Under the pieces are notes generated by a model that was not told where the DNA came from, searched no databases, and saw only the letters and a list, made by a program, of their open reading frames with translations. Below are positions 56,834 to 64,000 of a stretch of DNA of 64,000 nucleotides, piece by piece; the first letter of the stretch is position 1, and every line of letters begins with the position of its first letter. The position numbers and the translations under genes are program-made. The DNA is from Phoronis australis (taxonomy: Eukaryota > Animalia > Phoronida): assembly GCA_002633005.1 (NCBI GenBank), contig NMRA01000241.1, forward strand, positions 230,537-294,536. The letters are read 5' to 3'.

Positions 56834-57607
56834 CTAGCAACAGAAAGTTGCTACATCAAAAATTGAATATGACATGTGGAGGGCAGACATAAGCAACGAT
56901 TGTAATTAACAACAAGATCTATTTAGATGCCAAATTTTAGACAGATTAGTCAAAAGATGCAGAGGCTACAGTGCCAAAAATAAAAAATAACTGAAAGGTC
57001 ATTGGAAAATCTCTAATAATGCGAGAAAGGTAGGCTGTAGCAATAAACGGATGACATACTTCCTTTCGCCCTTGAGGAGATCTATCTACACATTAAATTT
57101 CAGAAGTATCCGTCAAAAGACCGGCAAGGCAAAAATTCTGAAAAAGGCTGTCACAGCGCCACTTTGGATTGACTTTGCCCGTAAATAATAGACCATGAGA
57201 TAAATATCATGTGTGAATTTCATGTCAATCGGACGAAAATTATGACCTGCGGCATGCACAACTTAAACGGGGAAAAAGCTGCTTTTAGAGACAAAGCAAC
57301 ACACTTGAAGAAATCAAATTTCATCTAGTAAAAAAGTGACTATAAAAGGGACAAATTGTAATAAAAAATTGTAAACCTGTTTGACATATACATGCAAATG
57401 CAAAGTACAAAAGAGCAATGCAGAGCATTGAAATGTGCTCATGACTGCACCGTAAACGGTGTGCTTCTAGGGGGGCATGAGATGACACATAATACACTGA
57501 ACCTATCCAAAAAGGGGTGTCATAGTGTCTCAAAATTATTTGCCAAATGTCATGAAAATCTGTCAAAGAACCCCAAAGATACAAAGGGAAAGGTAAAAAA
57601 CAAAGTG

Positions 57608-57889
57608 AACAGCTTGTTATTTAAAATGACTTATTCTTATTAAAATGACATAGGCAAAAAATTGAATTTCGGACCTCAAAAGCGAGGCCCCCTATATTAC
57701 TATAGGGGCCCCGCTCTCCGGCCTCCTTTCGGCGGGGCCCCTATATTAATATAGGCTGCCCCGCTCTCCGGCCTCCTTTCAGCGGGGCCCCCTATATTAA
57801 TATAGAGGGCCTCGCTTTTGAGGTCCAAAATTCAATTTTTTGCCTATGTCATTTTAATAAGAATAAGTCATTTTAAATAATAAGCTGTT
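57608..57889. mobile_element. Near-perfect 282-bp palindromic foldback element with 4-bp TSD
   Basis: Arms of about 88 bp (AACAGCTT...GCGAGGCCC / GGGCCTCGC...AAGCTGTT). AGTG at 57604-57607 and 57890-57893. Internal 50-bp tandem units. Confidence 0.85.
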
Positions 57890-58390
57890 AGTGTTCTTTA
57901 GGAACCACAGCTAGTTGAATCCATCTATCTGTTATCAAGTTAATAAGAACAATTGCGAAATTTCAAGGTTTAGGAGATACAGCAGTAAATGTGAAAAATG
58001 TCACTAAGGGGCACCACAGTAGTTGGACCCGTTTGAAAATCTGTGTCAGTCATGCTCTAGTCAGTAGAAACACATCTGCCAATTTTCATAATGATCCTCA
58101 ATGCGGTTTGGCAGATACAGGAGCAGACGACAAAAAACAGACTAAAAATTAATTAAAAGGCCACTAGTTGGTGCAGAATACATCAAATCCATCACAAAAA
58201 GGAAAGGTGCTGTCATCTCCATAACAGAAATTTGTTTGCCAAATTTCATGAAAAAGCATCAAGGAACTCTCTAATTACAAAGGCAAATGCAAAAAATACA
58301 ATTGCCACTAGGGAGTACAGCATGTAAAGGCTAAAGAAAATACAGCTGTGAATGCAAAAACAATAAATGTGCTACTAGGGGGTGCAAGAG

Positions 58391-58998
58391 ACCTAGGGGA
58401 GACCCCTTGGGGATCAAGAAGAGAAGAAATTGCCATCAGTCTCTATTCCCTACATCAAGGGGCTCTCAGAACATCTACGTCGAGTGTACAAGTCTTACGA
58501 TATCAACATAATGAAGCCTGTTAAAATCCTGAGAAACCAGCCAGTCCACCCCAAGAACCCCACCCCCCTTGATCGCCAATGTTGTGTCATATATCAATAC
58601 TCATGCACTGAAGATCCATCTCATACCTACATCAGCAAGACTAAGCGATCCCTAGGCACCAGAATCACAGAACACAACAAACTGGACAAGCCCACTAGCG
58701 TGGGAATCTCCAGCCATACTGTATGTGGCAAACATGCCAAGATCCTGGCTAAAGAGAAGAACTGGTTCTCAAGAAAGATTAAAGAATCCATACATATCAA
58801 GACCAACAAGCCCACCATAAATCGTGATTAAGGATTGCAGCTTCCGCCTATCAACGACGTCATACTACTTCCGGAAAACAGAACAGCGGGAAACCAGGAC
58901 GTCCCCTACTATTTGTTGATAAAGGACTGTGGAGTACACTCCGAAATGTTCGAATTCTTAAATCTTCAGTCTCTGAGTAAATTGATCTTATAAGACAC
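58391..58998 (+). mobile_element. Penelope-like element 3' fragment with 10-bp TSD, inserted in the satellite
   Basis: SIPYIKGLSEHLRR...CVIYQYSC...TYISKTKRSLGTRITEH...RKIKESIHIK...PTINRD. GGTGCAAGAG at 58381-58390 and 58999-59008. Confidence 0.88.
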
Positions 58999-59874
58999 GG
59001 TGCAAGAGTAGTTGAACATGTCTGAAAATCAACGTCAGCCTTGGTCTTCTAATCAGGAACACAACTCCTAATTTTAATAATGATCCTACAAGTGGTTTGG
59101 AGGATGGAGAATGTGATGTCCAAAACATACTAAAAAGGTTTTAAAATGACAACTAGAGGGGCACAGCGGTAGTCGGATCCATCCAAATGTCGTCGTTGTC
59201 CGTTGTCAAATTCATATAAATACACTTGCCAAATTTAATAAAGTTCCTGCTAAGGGTTTGGGAGATATATCAATAGACGCAAAAAATGCCACTAGGAGGT
59301 GCCACAGTAGTCCAAGTTGTCCAAAAACATCATCAACCGTCCTCTTCATAGTAGCAACAAAAATTTTCAAAATCATCCTTGGAGTAGTTAGGTTGAAAGA
59401 GGGACGGATGCAAGAAACAGACTAGAAAACAGTAAAAATAGCCACTAGATGGTGCAAAGTATGTCAAATACATCCGAAAACGGGAACATGTCAGTCATCC
59501 TTTCTTTAATAGAAAGCTAGTGACCAAATTTCAAAAAAATCCATCGACGAACTTCAGAGAAACATAGGAAAATTGAAAAGAAAATGAAATTGCCACTAGG
59601 AGGCATAGCGGTTGTCGGATCCGTCCGAAAGTCGTCGTCGTCAACTTCATATAAATACACTTGCCAAGATCCTGCAGAAGGTATAGGAGAGCCATGAGCA
59701 CAAAAAAAACCTGCCACTAGAAGGCGCCATATTACTGTAGTCGAGGTCATTGGAAACTCATCGTTCGATATCCTATTTACAGTAGAAACATACCGTATAT
59801 ACCAATTTTCACAATCATCTTTAGAGTGCATTGGTTGATAGAGGGACGGACGCCAAAAAAGACTCAAAAACAGT

Positions 59875-61122
59875 AACAAGAGCAACGTGAAGCACTGAAA
59901 TGCGCCCATGAATGCATTGCAAATGGTGTGCTTTTAGGGTTGTTTATTTGTATCATAAAAATGGAAACTAGACGGCGCAAAAACATACAATCCATCCAAA
60001 AACAGGAACATGCCATATTTCATAAAAATCTGTCGAGGAACTTCAGAGAAACAAAGGAAAACAGAATAAAATGAAATTGCCACTAGTGGGCACAGTGTCC
60101 ATTAGATCTGCCTGAAAGTAGTCAGCGTCTGTTGTTATTTTCATATAAATACACTTACTAAATTAGATCCTGCAGTGGGTTTTAAGAGATACAACTATGG
60201 GCGCAAAACAAAACTACCGTAGTGGGGTAGTCTTGTAATCAGTCGCCATCATCAAAGGTCGTCTTCACACTGAAAACATATAAGCCACTTTTCAAATGAT
60301 TTGGTTTGATACAGGGATGGACACCAAAAACAAAATTTGATAACAGGAAAGTGGCCAAAAACAGGCAGATAATACCATCACACCAATAGATGCCTATATA
60401 TAAAATTTCATGAAAATCTGTTGAGAACCTTTGAAGATACGGAGTTAAACGTAAAAAACTAAAATTGACACTAGGAGGCACAGCAGTACTCAGATGTGTC
60501 TGAAAGTCGTCGTCATCCTTAGTCAACATCACATAAATGCACTTGCTAAATTAAGTAAAGATTCTGCGAACGGTTTAGGAGATACAGCCATAGGCGCAAA
60601 AAAAAAAAAAAACTGCCACTAAGAGGCGCCACAGTAATCGAAATCGTCGAAAAATCATCGTCAACTGTCCTCTTCATAGTAAGCACATGCATGCCAATTT
60701 TCACAATCATCCTTTGAGCGGTTTGGTTGATAGAGGGGTGGACGCAAAAAACAGACTCGAAAACAGTAAAAATGGCCACTACGTGGCGCAAACTACGTCG
60801 AATCCATCCGAAAACGGGAGGATAGTGTCATCTCACTAATAGGTGCCTACATAACAAATTTCATGAAAATCTGTTCAGGACTTTTGAAGACACAAAGGTA
60901 AGTGTAAAAAATAAAATTGCCACTAGGGGGCACACCGGTAGTCGGATCCATCCGAAAGTGCGCTCAAGCCGTCCCATTCATGAATGGAACACATATGCCA
61001 AATTTCATGAACGTATGTCTAAGGGTTTTGGAGATAGAGCAGCGGACGCCGGACGGACGCCACCCGGACGGACAGACGGAGATGACGGCATAATGCGTCC
61101 ACATATAAATATGTGGGTGCAT
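59875..61122 (-). mobile_element. Complete HINE-1 copy inserted into its own array
   Basis: Runs AACAAGAGCAACG...(GGAC)n microsatellite...ATGCGTCCACATATAAATATGTGGGTGCAT. Splits the host unit AACAGT^AAAAATGG with no TSD. Confidence 0.8.
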
Positions 61123-63009
61123 AAAAATGGCAACTAGGTGGCACAAAATACTTCAAATCCATCTGAAAACCAGATGATACCGCCATCCCATCAGTAGATG
61201 CCTATCTGCTCGATTTTATGAAAATCTGTTAGGGACCTTTGATGATACCGAGGTAAACATAAAAAACTAAAATTGTCACTAGGGAGCACACCGATAGTCG
61301 GAACTGTCCAAAAGTTTGCTCATGCCGTCCCATCCTTGAAAGGAACACACGCAAAATTTCATGAACAAACATCAAAGGGTTTTAGAGATAGAGCAGAGAA
61401 CGCCCGACCTACGCTAGACAGAGATGACTGCATAATGCCGCAATGTAAAAATATCAAAACAAGAACTTAATTAATTTTGTGGAAGTCATTTACACTATAG
61501 AAATTCCACGACATGCACAATTAGAAAATATGCTCACATAACTCATTGTGATTATGAAATTGAGAGATGCAAAACAAGATTTGGATCTATATTTTATCAG
61601 CTAATTATGCTCACTATGAAATAAAGGTACCAAACAATTATCAAAGATCAGAAAATTACCTTAAATTTTAGGAACGAGAGGTAAAAAAGTACATGCTTTA
61701 GTCAAGTCCAATATTCAGTATTCACAACTTCCAACTGTATTTAAACACAACGAATACATATGGCAAAATATCACCTATTTACGACCCAATAAGGCAGACA
61801 AGTGAAATTATATTTTCTCATGTTTTCATATGTAGCACCAAAATAATGCTTCGTCATGCTCAAAATCATATACAAGACAGTATCAGACAATATGTTTTGA
61901 AAAAATTGTGATCATCAATAACAATGTTAGAAAATCCCTGAAAAATGAAAAAGTACAGTGTTGGCAGCCATTTTGTACGAAACTGGTAAGAATTTTAACA
62001 TTGTGCAAAGAACCTTAGAACTGAAACTTCACTTTCATTGAACTAGCTTTAGAATAAAGACTTAACCCTATGTGAAAAATTATGCAATCACGAAAAGCAA
62101 AAGGGACTCTATTAAAACAACTTATTAGGTAATGTTAGGATTACATTAAAAGCAAGAGCATCGCGAGAGTGTCGATGTGTGTCCACTGTAGGCACCACAA
62201 ATATAGAGTGATAATAGCTTTTAGTAACAGCAGTCTCCTCTGTTCAATAGTCAACATCAGTTGTGCTGTCCTCAAATGTCCTGAAAATCCATCAAAGCAT
62301 GGTGGATATTGAGACAGACAAAACAGCAAATTTTCCACTAGGGGGTGCCACAGTACTCAGATCTATCTTAAAATCAAAATCAACACCAACCATGCTTTCC
62401 TGAGCGAGAACACATACAACAACTTTCATGAAGATCCACACATAAAAATTGGTAGACATCGAACTAGACCCAAAGAAACCCCAACCTACTACAAGAAGCG
62501 TCAAATTAGCAGTATTCTCCAAAACATCTTTTTACTTTTGGTTTTCGCTATAAGAAGTTTAGCTTACTTGTGATGAGATCCGAAAAAAGTGCAACAATAT
62601 TAGTCATTTCTTAAACAAAGAGGGAACTTTTTGCCTTTTACACAAATTCCATTGACCAATTCCAAGGCTTTAATCTTTTTCAGTTTGGACATAGACTTTT
62701 GAACACATGAATTTTGTAATTCTCATCGAGTATTTATTTTCTGACTTGGAAGTCGAATCTGTCCAAAAATCAGTGGTAGTCCTACTCACTTCAATAGGAT
62801 AACTAACGCCAAATTTAAAAAGATCCATGAAAGATCTTGGCAGATATCAAGGCAGACCTAAAATTGCCATTAGAGAATCAGAGTTACTATGGTTGGATTG
62901 GAACCAAAAAATTGATGTCAGTCAGCTCTCTTTTATAGCAACACATCAATCAACTTTAATGATTCCTCAAGTGATTTGGTAGACAAGGGACAAACAAAAA
63001 ACGGACACA

Positions 63010-64000
63010 AAAACGAGAGCGCTCGGAGGAGCGACACTTGGGCGGAATTAATCGAAAAGACGACGATGGGGAGGACGACGACAATCATGACGATCAAGGC
63101 GGCAATTATGAATAACACGATAACATTCATGTGACTAGCGAAGAAATCAAATAGAGAGCATACAATCAACTACAATCAAGAACAATAGATGGCGCAACAT
63201 GACAGACCAGCCATGCTTTGCTCCCACATTCCAAAATAGGTGGCGCTATATGACAGTCTGCAGAGCAAAGTTATGTTTAAAATAAATATTTGGCCTGGAA
63301 TTCCAGTCTACAGTAGGACAGTGCTGGCTGGGTCAGTCGGGTCAACTAGGCATAACCAAAACAAAGTGAACTGAAAGCCAGCCAGCTGCGTGCTTGCATA
63401 GGTGACCAAAGGAACAACGGTATCAAAAAATCCCGAATAATTCAAAAAGTAGACGTTGTAGCGCAAAATGGAAAATATTTTCTGGAAGCCCGTTCAAAAC
63501 TGTATCTAAAGTGATAGTTTGGCAAAAATCAAAAAAATTTTCGAAAAAATTGAAAATTTGCCGGCTTTTTTGAAATTCAAAGTCAAATAACTCGAAAACG
63601 GTAAGTCTGAGAAATATGCTCTCCCAGACTTTTTGAAAGGTCATACTTAAAGGAATCCACATGCAAAAAATTCACGTCATTTGCTCTTCCCATTAAAAAC
63701 GCGATAGCAGAACGATTGAAACCTTGTGAACTTGCGCTTCAGCCGCCATCTTGAAAGTGACTTCCGGTTCAATAAACTTTTATAAAAGCCTAGTAAACTC
63801 AACAAACACGTGACCAGTTTGAAAGTGATTGGTTTGCAAATGCGCCCTCTACAGGAGAAAACGTTTTTGGCCATATTTCGGGGTGCGCATGCGCCACTTC
63901 CAATATTTCCGCCATCTTTGACCGGAAGTCAACGATTTTCTGCACACTTGTAGCACATGCGTTCTAGTATAATAGTACCGATTTTCAGCCATGTAAGTAC
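63010..64000 (-). mobile_element. HINE family 2, second copy, runs off the window
   Basis: 63421-63930 aligns inversely to about 37905-38410, and 63015-63150 aligns to 38650-38805. Confidence 0.75.

Larger units (their letters stand above)
57408..61440 (-). mobile_element. Long HINE-1 element/satellite array carrying nested insertions
   Basis: AAAAGAGCAATGCAGAGCATTGAAATGTGCTCA end near 57410, repeated three-subunit array, and a degenerate opposite end at 61320-61440. More pieces at 62150-62990. Confidence 0.72.

Noticed and set aside
56834-64000. Upstream PAFAH exons
   Set aside because: No RLYYP/LWIP-like or GPY.VG motifs were recognised by eye and the region is mostly repeats; the exons probably lie beyond the window.

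Overview
This is eukaryotic (metazoan invertebrate, probably lophotrochozoan; inferred) genomic DNA, AT-rich and dense in repeats. Three spliced genes were reconstructed by hand from GT-AG junctions. PHF5A is on the minus strand (3 coding exons, complete, 110 aa). DDX47 is on the plus strand (11 coding exons, complete, 450 aa) and lies head-to-head with PHF5A, with only 263 bp between the two start codons. A PAF-acetylhydrolase (PLA2G7/PAFAH2 family) is on the minus strand (last 7 exons, intact Ser-Asp-His triad, 5' exons not found) and is convergent with DDX47. Bases 1-6100 are visibly CpG-rich and look like the 5' regulatory region of an unidentified minus-strand gene. The introns carry many mobile elements with recognisable ends: an inverted pair of hAT copies in PHF5A intron 1, three CA..(T/C)G-ended elements with 5-bp TSDs, a MULE-like element with an 11-bp TSD, several foldback MITEs around the bidirectional promoter, four Penelope-like fragments with hammerhead-like tails, tRNA-derived SINEs, Helentron-type (HINE) elements with a 3-mer higher-order satellite, a Gypsy integrase plus LTR relic, and a 54-bp minisatellite. 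No prokaryotic system or CRISPR array is present. Most ORFs in the supplied track are spurious. I see no demonstrably new biological system; the best leads are RNA-structure and transposon observations. Identity figures and CpG statements are by eye, not computed.
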